From the NCBI GenBank assembly GCA_048268245.1, contig JBLWVX010000026.1:1-37730 (forward strand): 37,730 nt of DNA, given 5' to 3'. The position numbers and the translations under genes are program-made. The notes below the pieces were generated by a model that saw only the letters and a list, made by a program, of their open reading frames with translations, did no database searches and was not told the origin of the DNA. Of this stretch, positions 11,118 to 19,960 are shown in pieces; the first letter of the stretch is position 1, and each line of letters starts with the position of its first letter. This DNA comes from Arcobacteraceae bacterium. Its GTDB lineage: Bacteria; Campylobacterota; Campylobacteria; Campylobacterales; Arcobacteraceae.

Positions 11118-11466
11118 ATTTTTAATTCCTTTTTTATTTCTAGTGACATTTTCTTTTGCTCAAATGCAAGAAAATGAAAACTTTATAGAAGAAGAGAAAG
11201 AGTCTTCAGTTGATTGTCTTATTTTAAAAGATGAAAATTCAATTATATGTAAATTTGAAACACAAAGAAGTGTTGAAGACCAAACTATTATAGCTCAGTG
11301 GATTGATCCATTTGGTGAGGTTTCAAGAAGTAGAGAGATGGTTGTTCCTGCTGGTCATGGATCTATTTATGACTATAGATATATAAAAGGTAGAGTAGAG
11401 GGTACTTGGACTTTCAAGATAATCCTTGATAATCAAGAATATACTACACAATTTGAATTGAAGTAG
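11110..11466 (+). CDS. Hypothetical secreted beta-rich protein
   Basis: Signal peptide (MTRFLIPFLFLVTFSFA), Cys pair, WIDPFG and GTWTF motifs. Confidence 0.75.
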   Translation: MTRFLIPFLFLVTFSFAQMQENENFIEEEKESSVDCLILKDENSIICKFETQRSVEDQTIIAQWIDPFGEVSRSREMVVPAGHGSIYDYRYIKGRVEGTWTFKIILDNQEYTTQFELK

Positions 11467-11467
11467 A

Positions 11468-11890
11468 TTAACTTCTTTTCAAATTATTGTTTAAACTAAT
11501 CACTAAATTCATAGATTTTTTATTAAAACCATTTATTAAACTTTCATTATTTTCATCAAAAACTAAAGCTCTTTGAGTTTGAGATAGCTGTTTTAAATAC
11601 TCTTGTATTTCAATTATAAGTTTTTTATCTTCTAAAAGTAGAACTGTTTTATTGCATATTTCTTTTAATCTTTTTTCATCTTGTGATGATGAGTTTTTTA
11701 TATCAAAAGATAGTATTTCATTTGATATTTTACTAAATAAATTAAGTTTTGTTTCTCTCATCCATTTATTATGATCATTTTTTTTATTGATTTTTGAAGT
11801 TATTATACTATCAACAACCTTTGTAGATACAGCACTAAATAGAGCAGTTCTTGCAACTTGCCCTAAGATATTAATTCCAATATTTAGCAT
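11468..11890 (-). CDS. Hypothetical protein, divergent from the Fur-paralogue unit
   Basis: 140-aa ORF with RBS AAAGGA; Fur boxes upstream. Confidence 0.7.
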   Translation of the reverse strand: MLNIGINILGQVARTALFSAVSTKVVDSIITSKINKKNDHNKWMRETKLNLFSKISNEILSFDIKNSSSQDEKRLKEICNKTVLLLEDKKLIIEIQEYLKQLSQTQRALVFDENNESLINGFNKKSMNLVISLNNNLKRS

Positions 11891-11945
11891 TTTTAATCCT
11901 TTATAGTTAAAATTTTAAAACTAAAATACTTAATATCTAATTAAA

Positions 11946-12017
11946 ACGATAATTATTATCATTAATGTTTTATTAAGATACACTTTTGTATCATAATAAA
12001 AATGATATTAATTATCA
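11946..12017. promoter_or_regulatory. Two Fur boxes
   Basis: CGATAATTATTATCA (11947-11961) and TGATATTAATTATCA (12003-12017) versus the 7-1-7 consensus TGATAATnATTATCA. Confidence 0.75.
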
Positions 12018-12026
12018 AGGTATAAA

Positions 12027-12152
12027 ATGAAAAATATAAATGAAACAAATTTATATAAAAAAAATATTAAACTTCAAAATAATTTATCTAAAGTGTATAC
12101 TGTAGCATTAATATTAGGAATTATTATTGTAGTTTATAAAGGGTTTATCTAG
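12027..12152 (+). CDS. Unannotated 41-aa single-TM small protein
   Basis: MKNINETNLYKKNIKLQNNLSKVYTVALILGIIIVVYKGFI; RBS AAGG; TAG overlaps the GTG of the next gene (TAGTG). Confidence 0.65.
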   Translation: MKNINETNLYKKNIKLQNNLSKVYTVALILGIIIVVYKGFI

Positions 12153-12604
12153 TGAAAAGATATGAAATTAGTTTTGAGTCATTTTTATCGAATTTTAAAA
12201 AATCTGTTTCAAAATCAGGTTATAAAAACTCAATTCAAAAAGACTACATATTAAAGATACTTTATTTTAGTGATGACCATTTAAGTGCAGAACAAATTGT
12301 AAATATAGCAAAAAGTTTATATAAGATTGACTTAGGAATTGCAACTGTTTATAGAACAGTAAAGTTTTTTGAGTCTATGAATATAGTAAAATCTTTAGAC
12401 ATAGGAGATGGTACTAAAAGATATGAACTAAATATTTCAATTCACCATGATCATATGATATGTACAAATTGTGGTAAAATCATTGAGTTTACAGATGATT
12501 TAATAGAAGAACAACAAGAATTAGTTGCAAAAAAGCATAATTTTAGATTAAAAGATCATATTATGACAATATATGGAATATGTGAAGATTGCCAAAATAA
12601 ATAA
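12152..12604 (+). CDS. Fur family transcriptional regulator (divergent paralogue)
   Basis: HLSAE, GIATVYRT, HHDHMICTNCG, CEDC. Confidence 0.92.
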   Translation: MKRYEISFESFLSNFKKSVSKSGYKNSIQKDYILKILYFSDDHLSAEQIVNIAKSLYKIDLGIATVYRTVKFFESMNIVKSLDIGDGTKRYELNISIHHDHMICTNCGKIIEFTDDLIEEQQELVAKKHNFRLKDHIMTIYGICEDCQNK

Positions 12605-12650
12605 CTAATGATAATAATTATTAATATAATCCTTTTTATATAAGAGGATT

Positions 12651-12956
12651 ATGATAAAAATAAACAATAAAATTTTTTTACTTTTTGCATCTTTATTTAT
12701 ATTACTTTTAATATCAATATATATTATTTTAAAAGATGTAGCAATTCGTTTGAAACAGCATTTACATAGTGATGATTTTAATAGGAAGATTTGGTGGAAA
12801 AGAGTTTATATATGAAAAATATAATCTAAGAATCACTGCAAGTTTTGTTGTACTTATTGTACAAAAGGTAAATACTTTGATGACTATTTTAATATTGCAG
12901 ATGAGGTTTTATATAAATCAAAAAATAGTGGAAGAAATAAAGTTATAGTTAAATAG
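12651..12956 (+). pseudogene. Deleted and frameshifted membrane diguanylate cyclase (GGDEF) remnant
   Basis: TM N-terminus joined to ILKDVAIRLKQHLHSDD; downstream fragments, interrupted by frameshifts, read IGRFGGKEFI, LRITASF and ADEVLYKSKNSGRNKV-stop. Confidence 0.75.
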
Positions 12957-12965
12957 TAATAGGCT

Positions 12966-15092
12966 TTAGCCTACTACTATTTTTGTGATGTTATAAACAA
13001 TAAAAGATAAAAGCCATGCTGTTGTAGTTGTAAATACAAATAAATAAGCTAAATATTTCCATCCTCCTGCTTCTTTCGCAAAAACCATTGAAGCCGCTAA
13101 ACAAGGTAAATAAATCATTACAAAGACAATAAATGACATGGCTGATGCGAAAGGAATATTATCTTTGATTTTTTCAATTAAACCTTTTGAACTCTCGTCA
13201 TTATCTTCACCTAAACCATATAATATACCAAGAGTAGAAACTACAATTTCTTTTGCAGCAAGTCCTGTTTCTAAAGCAACAGTCATTCTCCAATCAAAGC
13301 CAAGTGGAGCAAATAAAGGCTCAGTAGCTTTACCTATGATTCCTAAATAAGAGTTTTCTAGTTTATACATAGCTAACTCATTTAATAATTCACCTTTTTT
13401 ATCTTCAGAATTTGTAAGTTCTATTTTACTATTATATTGCTCTTCAACTAAAGGGTATTTAGGATAGTTTGATGCAAACCAAATTAAAATAGAAGCAGCT
13501 AAAATATATGTACCTGCTTTTTTTAAGTACATCAAAGCTTGATTTGAAACTGTATGCCAGATTAGTTTAAAAGAAGGCATTCTATATTTTGGCATTTCCA
13601 TTACAAAAGGTTCATCTTCACTTTTAAATACAATTATTTTTAAAGCTTTAGCTGCTATTAATCCCAAAATTGCTCCAGCTATATATATTATAAATAAGAT
13701 GTTACCTGCATTTCCTTCATTGAAAAATGCACCTACAAAAAGTACATAAATTGGAAGTCTAGCCCCACAAGACATAAAACCTATAATAAATAATGTTAAA
13801 AGTCTATCTCTTTCATTTTTTAAAGTTCTAGCTGCCATATAAGCTGGAACAGAACAACCAAACCCTGTAACTAAAGGAATAAAAGATTTTCCATGAAGTC
13901 CAAATTTATGAAAAAATCCATCAAGTAAAAAAGCAACTCTACTCATATATCCTGTAGTTTCAAGCAAGGCTATACCAAAAAATAGTATTACGATATTTGG
14001 TAAAAAAAGAACTACTGCTCCAACTCCTGCAATAGCACCATCTGCAATTACTGAACTTAATTGATTATCTCCTAAAACTTCTTTTGTACCATCAATTAGC
14101 GAGGCAAAAAATGCATCAATCATATCCATAGGAATATTTCCTACTTCAAAAGTAAGTTGAAATAAACCCCACATCAAAAATAAAAAGATAGGTAAACCTA
14201 AAAATTTGTGAATTAGTAAAGAATCAATTTTTTCAGTTGTTGATTTTGCTATACTTTTTTCTTGTTTAACTGTTTCAGTTACAGCTCCTTTTGCAAAAGC
14301 AAATCTTTCATCACTAAAAATATCATCCATGTTTTTAGTATCATAATGAATAAATAAATGCTCAAAAGCATGAGCTAAAACAGGTTGAAGTTTAACCCAA
14401 ATTGGTTCATCATGAAAATACTTATAAGTTTGTTTATCTTCTTTTAAAAGTTTAATTGCAAGTTGTCTATATGTTTGAGAAGTTCTAAAAGCATTCTCTT
14501 CCATAATTTTTACTAAATTTGAAATCTCTTCTTCCATTACATCTGAAAAAGTAAGTTTTGTTGGAAGTTTTGCAGATTCATGTTTTTTTACAATATTGTC
14601 AAGAATTACTTTTATACCAAGTTTTTTAGCTGCACTTGTCTTTACGCATGGCTTACCTAATATTTTTCCTAATTGAACTTCATCAATTACAATGTTTTCT
14701 TTTGTTGCTTCATCTATCATATTTAAAGCAATAATCATTTTTTTATCAAGAGCAAGTAATTCCGAAGTTAAATATAGATTTCTTTCTAAGTTAGTTGAAT
14801 CTAATACATTTAAGATTATATCATAAGGTGAATTCTCTAAATACTCTTTTGTAACTTTTTCTTCTAAGGTATAGTCATTTAAAGAGTAAGCTCCTGGAAG
14901 GTCAGTAATCTCTATTTTGTAGTTTTTATATTTAAATACAACTTCTTCTTTTGCTACAGTTACTCCTGAAAAATTACCAACTTTAAGTCTTGCATTTGAA
15001 ATAGAGTTAATAAGCATAGATTTACCAACATTTGGCTGTCCTACTAATGCAACTTTAATTACTTTTTCTTCTTTAAAATTTTTTATTTGCAT
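12966..15092 (-). CDS. feoB: Ferrous iron transporter B
   Basis: GQPNVGKS, GNFSGVT, DLPG, NMID G-motifs; GFGCSVPA, MSCGARLP, YLPC membrane motifs. Confidence 0.97.
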   Translation of the reverse strand: MQIKNFKEEKVIKVALVGQPNVGKSMLINSISNARLKVGNFSGVTVAKEEVVFKYKNYKIEITDLPGAYSLNDYTLEEKVTKEYLENSPYDIILNVLDSTNLERNLYLTSELLALDKKMIIALNMIDEATKENIVIDEVQLGKILGKPCVKTSAAKKLGIKVILDNIVKKHESAKLPTKLTFSDVMEEEISNLVKIMEENAFRTSQTYRQLAIKLLKEDKQTYKYFHDEPIWVKLQPVLAHAFEHLFIHYDTKNMDDIFSDERFAFAKGAVTETVKQEKSIAKSTTEKIDSLLIHKFLGLPIFLFLMWGLFQLTFEVGNIPMDMIDAFFASLIDGTKEVLGDNQLSSVIADGAIAGVGAVVLFLPNIVILFFGIALLETTGYMSRVAFLLDGFFHKFGLHGKSFIPLVTGFGCSVPAYMAARTLKNERDRLLTLFIIGFMSCGARLPIYVLFVGAFFNEGNAGNILFIIYIAGAILGLIAAKALKIIVFKSEDEPFVMEMPKYRMPSFKLIWHTVSNQALMYLKKAGTYILAASILIWFASNYPKYPLVEEQYNSKIELTNSEDKKGELLNELAMYKLENSYLGIIGKATEPLFAPLGFDWRMTVALETGLAAKEIVVSTLGILYGLGEDNDESSKGLIEKIKDNIPFASAMSFIVFVMIYLPCLAASMVFAKEAGGWKYLAYLFVFTTTTAWLLSFIVYNITKIVVG

Positions 15093-15310
15093 TTTTCAAT
15101 CTTAATTTTTGCAGCTTCTGTGAATCGTAGAGCAACTCTTGTATTGTTTATTTTTATTTCAATAGTACTTTTTGTTAAAGTTACTTCTTCTACATATATT
15201 TTAGAACCTTTTACTATACCAAAAGAATAGAATCTATTTTTTAGTGTAGGTTCACAATTTATAGATTTTACTATAGCAGACTCATTGATATTTAATTTAT
15301 CGAGGGTCAT
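15083..15310 (-). CDS. feoA: Ferrous iron transport protein A
   Basis: 75 aa with RFYSFGIVKG and VALRFTEA; directly upstream of feoB. Confidence 0.92.
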   Translation of the reverse strand: MTLDKLNINESAIVKSINCEPTLKNRFYSFGIVKGSKIYVEEVTLTKSTIEIKINNTRVALRFTEAAKIKIEKCK

Positions 15311-15326
15311 TTTTATTCCTTGTCTT

Positions 15327-15456
15327 TAATAATGATTATTATAATACAATAAGCCTTACTTATAGTTTATAGATATTATATAAATATGATAAATAAAAGA
15401 AACAATTCTTCTTATATGCAATTGATAATTATTATTAAGTTCAATATTGCTATAAT
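15327..15456. promoter_or_regulatory. Divergent feoA / fez control region: two Fur boxes and an extended -10
   Basis: TAATAATGATTATTA (15327-15341), TGATAATTATTATTA (15423-15437), TGCTATAAT (15448-15456). Confidence 0.75.
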
Positions 15457-15537
15457 CTTTTTTGATAATGAGTCTAGATTTATATTAAGACATAGTTAAG
15501 CTTGATAATATAAAAATCGAAAAGTAAAGGAATTTTT

Positions 15538-15852
15538 TTGATAAGTACAGAAGATATTATAAAAATAGCAGATTATTTTAGCATTATTGCACATTCTCCT
15601 GGGAGACTAAGAGTAAGAGTTAATCCTAAAATAAAGAATGAAGGTGGAAATATCACTTTAGAGGATATTGAGAATTTACCAAAAAAAATAAATGGTATTA
15701 AAGAAATAAAGATTAAAAAAATTATTGCTTCGGTTACAATCACTTATGACCCAGCTATTTTTGAACCAAGACTTTGGGAAGATCTAATAGCTCACAAAAA
15801 TTTGGATGAAGTAACAAAACTAATTAACACCCTAGCAAAGGAGGTAGTGTAA
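15538..15852 (+). CDS. HMA-like (HMA2-type) domain protein of the fez-like cluster
   Basis: HSPGRLRVR Arg-rich motif and GIKEIK...ASVTITYDP; TTG start with RBS AAAGGA. Confidence 0.8.
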   Translation: MISTEDIIKIADYFSIIAHSPGRLRVRVNPKIKNEGGNITLEDIENLPKKINGIKEIKIKKIIASVTITYDPAIFEPRLWEDLIAHKNLDEVTKLINTLAKEVV

Positions 15853-16557
15853 ATGCAACAAAACAACGTGGACCAAAACTTGTTGGATGCTCAAAGAGTT
15901 GATCCTAATGACCCTCAACCTGTGTTATCTCAAGCTTTAAGAATTGCAGCTTATGATGAGTTTGAGGCTTATAATACTTATAGTAATGTAATTACAAAGT
16001 TTGGAAATGTATTGCCTTTTTCAAATATTATAAATTCTGAAATTAATCACTATAATGAAATGATAACATTGATGCAAAAATATGGTGTGGAAGCTCCAAT
16101 TGTTGAGCAAACACAAGTTGAGTTACCTAACACTTTACATGAGTGTTGTGAAATAGCAGTTGCTGCTGAGATTGATAATGTAGCTTTATATGATAATTTA
16201 CTTATGTATGTAAATGAACCTGATGTAAGAGATTTGTTTTATAGAGTTCAAGCAGCTTCATTTAACAATCACTTACCAGCTTTTAGAGCTTGTGTTGCTT
16301 CATTTTATAATCAAGCAAATCCACAAGTAAATAACCAAGTGCCTCAAATGCAACAAAATGGGGCAAATATGATGGATAACATGGCGCAATATCAAGAACT
16401 TCTTGATGATGCAATGAATGGAAATATAGATCAAAATAAAATCATGTCTATGTTATCAAATATGAATATGTCAATGATGAGTGGTCTTGCTGTAGGTGCC
16501 TTAGGTGGTATGGCACTTAGTAGTATGATAAATAAAGAAGATATTACAGAAGAGTAA
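15853..16557 (+). CDS. Ferritin-like domain protein with a C-terminal GxxxG hydrophobic tail
   Basis: DEFEAY, SEINH, AEIDN, SFNNH four-helix ligand pattern; Q/N/M-rich linker; GLAVGALGG. Confidence 0.8.
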   Translation: MQQNNVDQNLLDAQRVDPNDPQPVLSQALRIAAYDEFEAYNTYSNVITKFGNVLPFSNIINSEINHYNEMITLMQKYGVEAPIVEQTQVELPNTLHECCEIAVAAEIDNVALYDNLLMYVNEPDVRDLFYRVQAASFNNHLPAFRACVASFYNQANPQVNNQVPQMQQNGANMMDNMAQYQELLDDAMNGNIDQNKIMSMLSNMNMSMMSGLAVGALGGMALSSMINKEDITEE

Positions 16558-16568
16558 AGGAGTATATC

Positions 16569-16829
16569 ATGGCACTTCCATTTTTATTAGGTATAGCAGT
16601 TGGAGCAGGAGCAGTAGTTGCATATAATAATAGTAAAAAAATAAAAGAAAAAACAGATGAACTATTTGATAAATCAAAAGATATAGTTTGTGATGTAAAA
16701 GATAATGTAAAACAAAATGTTGAAGCGACAGTTGATTGCATAAAAGACAAAAAAGAAAAAAATAAAACTCAAAATGAGTCTAAAGAAGAATGTAAAGATA
16801 AAAAAGAAGAGGAAAAAAATGAAAAGTAA
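16569..16829 (+). CDS. Small GxxxG membrane-anchored protein (FezA/YtxH-like architecture)
   Basis: MALPFLLGIAVGAGAVV followed by a charged helical tail. Confidence 0.75.
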   Translation: MALPFLLGIAVGAGAVVAYNNSKKIKEKTDELFDKSKDIVCDVKDNVKQNVEATVDCIKDKKEKNKTQNESKEECKDKKEEEKNEK

Positions 16830-17184
16830 TTTTGAAGAACCAAAGATAATGACACACCATTTAGTAAGTGGTGCAGCTGTATCTTTATTAGCAGCGGGAA
16901 CAATTAATGCTATGAGAATTAAAAAAGGTGAAACAAATATTAAAAAAGCTACGTATGATGTTGTAAAAAGAACAACTCAAGGTACAATAGCAACAGCTTC
17001 TGTTGTAGCTGCAAGTTCATATAAAAATGAAAAAAATGGTATGTTTAAAGCTTTAGCTTCTTTAGCAGTTGGTGCAGCTGGAGTTTATGCTGTAGAAATG
17101 ATTGACAAAAAGTTTAATAGTGATGAACAAGTAGAAGCAGTTTCTTGTGCTAAAGAAAATAATGAGGTAGTAGAGTATGAATAA
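16819..17184 (+). CDS. Small Gly/Ala-rich membrane protein of the fez-like cluster
   Basis: Start at 16819 (RBS GAGG); hydrophobic segments SGAAVSLLAAG and LAVGAAGV. Confidence 0.75.
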   Translation: MKSNFEEPKIMTHHLVSGAAVSLLAAGTINAMRIKKGETNIKKATYDVVKRTTQGTIATASVVAASSYKNEKNGMFKALASLAVGAAGVYAVEMIDKKFNSDEQVEAVSCAKENNEVVEYE

Positions 17185-17632
17185 TATGAATCAACAAGGA
17201 CAAAATCAAGGGCAAAATATTGCAGGTGTTCAAGATCAAGTTCAAGTAAATCAACAACAAAATATGGGGAATAATCAAATGGTACAAAGTGCTTTTTTAT
17301 CAAATCCTTATATCAATCAAAATCAAAATATGAATAATACTCAACAAGTAAATCCATATATAAATCAAGAAGTGAATACTTCTGTACAAACTCCTATGAA
17401 TGCTCAAAATATAATGCCTCAAAATAATGCTAATGATTCATTTTTTAATGGTGATTTTGTAAAGGGTGCACTAATTGGTGCTGGTGTAACTTTTCTTTTA
17501 ACAAATAAAACTACACAAAAAGCTATTTTTAATGGTTTTTCAAAAGGTAGTGAATTGGTTCAAGCAGGAATTGAAGAGTTAAAAGAAAGAATGGAAGACG
17601 CAAAAGCTCAAATGGAAGCTAAAAACTACTAA
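17177..17632 (+). CDS. N/Q-rich protein with GxxxG segment and C-terminal coiled coil
   Basis: About 85-aa N/Q-rich N-terminus, FVKGALIGAGVTFLL, EELKERMEDAKA. Confidence 0.78.
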   Translation: MNNMNQQGQNQGQNIAGVQDQVQVNQQQNMGNNQMVQSAFLSNPYINQNQNMNNTQQVNPYINQEVNTSVQTPMNAQNIMPQNNANDSFFNGDFVKGALIGAGVTFLLTNKTTQKAIFNGFSKGSELVQAGIEELKERMEDAKAQMEAKNY

Positions 17633-17640
17633 GGTTAATT

Positions 17641-19755
17641 ATGAGTATTAATAGTTTTAAAAAAGTTCATAGTACATCTTTTAGAGCAAGATATAAATTT
17701 GAACTTTTAAGTGATGAGTATATTGATGAAAATATACTTAAAAACTATCTTGAAAAAGTAGAACACGTAACTTCTGTTCGAATAAATAAAAAAGCAAAAA
17801 GTATTATTTTTACTTTTGATGAAGACGTTTGCAATGCTATTGAAGATAGATTAGCTAATGTAGATGCAGATAAATTATTAAGTTCTTTGGATGAAGAAGC
17901 TTCTGTTTGTGTATCTTGTATTAGTGAAGAAGAACCTAGTTTAAAACCTTTGATGTATGCTTCAGGTGCATTAGTTAGTGAAAGATTAATTAAAAATAAT
18001 CTAATAAATGCAACTATTTCAAGTGCTGCTGCAACACCACTTTTAATTGAGGGAACACAAGAACTTTTTAAAGAAGGTCTTACTTCAAGAGTTTTAGAAA
18101 GTGCAGCAGTTGGTATCTCTTTAATTAGAAAAGATTATCTTGCAGCGAATTCTACGAATACAATGTTAGCTCTTGGTGAATATATTGAAGAAACAACAGT
18201 TCATAGAAGTGATGATTTATTAAAAGAACTTGCTAAGCCAAATGTTAAAGAAGCATGGATTGAAAAAGAAGTTGATGGTAAACTAGTTGAAAAGTTAGTT
18301 GATACAGATACTATTGAAGTTGGGGATATAGTTATTGTTTCAGCTGGAAGTACTGTACCTGTTGATGGACATATTGTAAATGGTAGTGCAAGTGTAAATC
18401 AAGTTTCTATGACTGGGGAAGCTGAACCTGTAAAAAAACAAAGAGGTGATAGAGTTATATCAGGAACTGTTTTAGAAGAGGGTAGGCTTAAGATTTGGGC
18501 TGAACAAGTTGGAGCTAATACAGCGACACAAAGAATAAAGCATTATATTGAGAACTCTTTAAATGAAAAATCTTCTGTTCAATTAAAAGCAACTAAATTA
18601 GCTGATAAACTAGTACCTGTTACATTAGGACTTGCGGGAGTTTCTTATGTAATGAGTAAAGATTTTGAAAGAGTAGCTTCTGTTTTACAAGCTGATTATT
18701 CTTGTGCTTTAAAACTAGCAACACCTGTTGCTTTTAAATCTACAATTTCAAAAGCTGGTCATGAAGGCATTATGATAAAAGGTGCTAAATCTATTGAAGC
18801 TTTAAATAGTGCAGATACTTTTATTTTTGATAAAACAGGAACTTTAACTCAAGGTGATTTAGAAGTTGTAGATGTGCAATCTTTCAATGATAAATGGACA
18901 GAAGAAGAAGTTTTAAATCTATCTGCAAGTACAGAAGAGCACTACTTTCACCCAGTAGCAGAGGCTGTTGTTAAAGCTGCTAAAAAAAGAGGTTTTGTTC
19001 ACATGCACCATGAAGAAGTTGAGTTTATTGTAGCTCATGGTGTAAAAACAGAAGTAAATGGTAAAACTGTTGTTATTGGAAGTAGACACTTCTTAGAAGA
19101 TGATGAAGGAATAGATTTTTCTGAACATCAAGATAAAATTGATGAAAAACTTGATGAAGGTAAAACATTACTTTATATTGGTTATAACAATGAGCTTTTA
19201 GGAACAATATCTTTAGTTGATCAAATAAGACATAATACAAAAGATTCTTTAGAAAAACTAAGAGAGTTTGGTGTAAAAAAACTTGTAATGTTAACAGGTG
19301 ATGTTGATAAAAAAGCTCAAAGTGTTGCTAAAGAGTTAGGTATTGATGAGGTTTATTCAGAATTACTACCAACTGACAAAGCTACAATCGTTAAAAAGAT
19401 GATGGATGAGGGTAATAAAGTAGCTTTTGTAGGTGATGGTATTAATGATGCACCTGCATTAATTTCAGCTCATGTGGGTATTTCAATGAGTAAAGGTGCT
19501 GATATTGCTAAAGCAACAGCTGATGTTAGTTTGTTAAAAGATGATATTGCTGCTGTTGTTGAAGCAAAAGAGTTAGCGTACAAAACAATGAAATTAATCA
19601 ACACAAATTTCAATGCAACGGTTGGTATTAATTCAGCCATTTTAGCAGGTGCTACTTTTGGAGCATTTTCTCCTATTGTAACAGCCTTTTTACATAATGG
19701 AACGACAATTGGACTACTTTTAAATTCAATAAGAGGTGTTAAGTTAGATAAATAG
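17641..19755 (+). CDS. fezB: P1B-6-type heavy-metal P-type ATPase (FezB-like)
   Basis: TGE, DKTGT, HP and GDGIND P-type motifs; membrane motifs DYSCA and HNGTT (HNxxT); N-terminal RARY motif. Confidence 0.85.
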   Translation: MSINSFKKVHSTSFRARYKFELLSDEYIDENILKNYLEKVEHVTSVRINKKAKSIIFTFDEDVCNAIEDRLANVDADKLLSSLDEEASVCVSCISEEEPSLKPLMYASGALVSERLIKNNLINATISSAAATPLLIEGTQELFKEGLTSRVLESAAVGISLIRKDYLAANSTNTMLALGEYIEETTVHRSDDLLKELAKPNVKEAWIEKEVDGKLVEKLVDTDTIEVGDIVIVSAGSTVPVDGHIVNGSASVNQVSMTGEAEPVKKQRGDRVISGTVLEEGRLKIWAEQVGANTATQRIKHYIENSLNEKSSVQLKATKLADKLVPVTLGLAGVSYVMSKDFERVASVLQADYSCALKLATPVAFKSTISKAGHEGIMIKGAKSIEALNSADTFIFDKTGTLTQGDLEVVDVQSFNDKWTEEEVLNLSASTEEHYFHPVAEAVVKAAKKRGFVHMHHEEVEFIVAHGVKTEVNGKTVVIGSRHFLEDDEGIDFSEHQDKIDEKLDEGKTLLYIGYNNELLGTISLVDQIRHNTKDSLEKLREFGVKKLVMLTGDVDKKAQSVAKELGIDEVYSELLPTDKATIVKKMMDEGNKVAFVGDGINDAPALISAHVGISMSKGADIAKATADVSLLKDDIAAVVEAKELAYKTMKLINTNFNATVGINSAILAGATFGAFSPIVTAFLHNGTTIGLLLNSIRGVKLDK

Positions 19756-19764
19756 TTTTAATCA

Positions 19765-19825
19765 TGATAATAATTATCAGTTTATTTTAAATTTAAATAA
19801 GTTACAATTATGATAATTATTATTA
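19765..19825. promoter_or_regulatory. Two Fur boxes downstream of fezB
   Basis: Perfect 7-1-7 palindrome TGATAATAATTATCA (19765-19779) and TGATAATTATTATTA (19811-19825). Confidence 0.82.
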
Positions 19826-19837
19826 AAAGGACTAACG

Positions 19838-19960
19838 ATGCCATTTATCTTGCCTTTAGCTGCTGTATTAACAGCAGCTTTAACTTATGAGACTTTAAAA
19901 GGAACAAAGAAAACTATTGATAGAAGAGCTAGAAGGAAAAAAAGGAATGAAAAAGCTTGA
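19838..19960 (+). CDS. Unannotated 40-aa protein with hydrophobic N-terminus and basic tail
   Basis: MPFILPLAAVLTAALTYETLKGTKKTIDRRARRKKRNEKA; RBS AAAGGA; overlaps the next start. Confidence 0.65.
   Translation: MPFILPLAAVLTAALTYETLKGTKKTIDRRARRKKRNEKA

Noticed and set aside
16569..17632. Magnetosome island interpretation of the small Gly-rich membrane proteins
   Set aside because: No recognisable core mam genes in the window; a ferrosome cluster explains them better.
17641..19755. Calling the ATPase CopA/ZntA/CadA
   Set aside because: It lacks the CPC/CPH/SPC motif, has DYSCA and HNxxT, and sits in an iron context.
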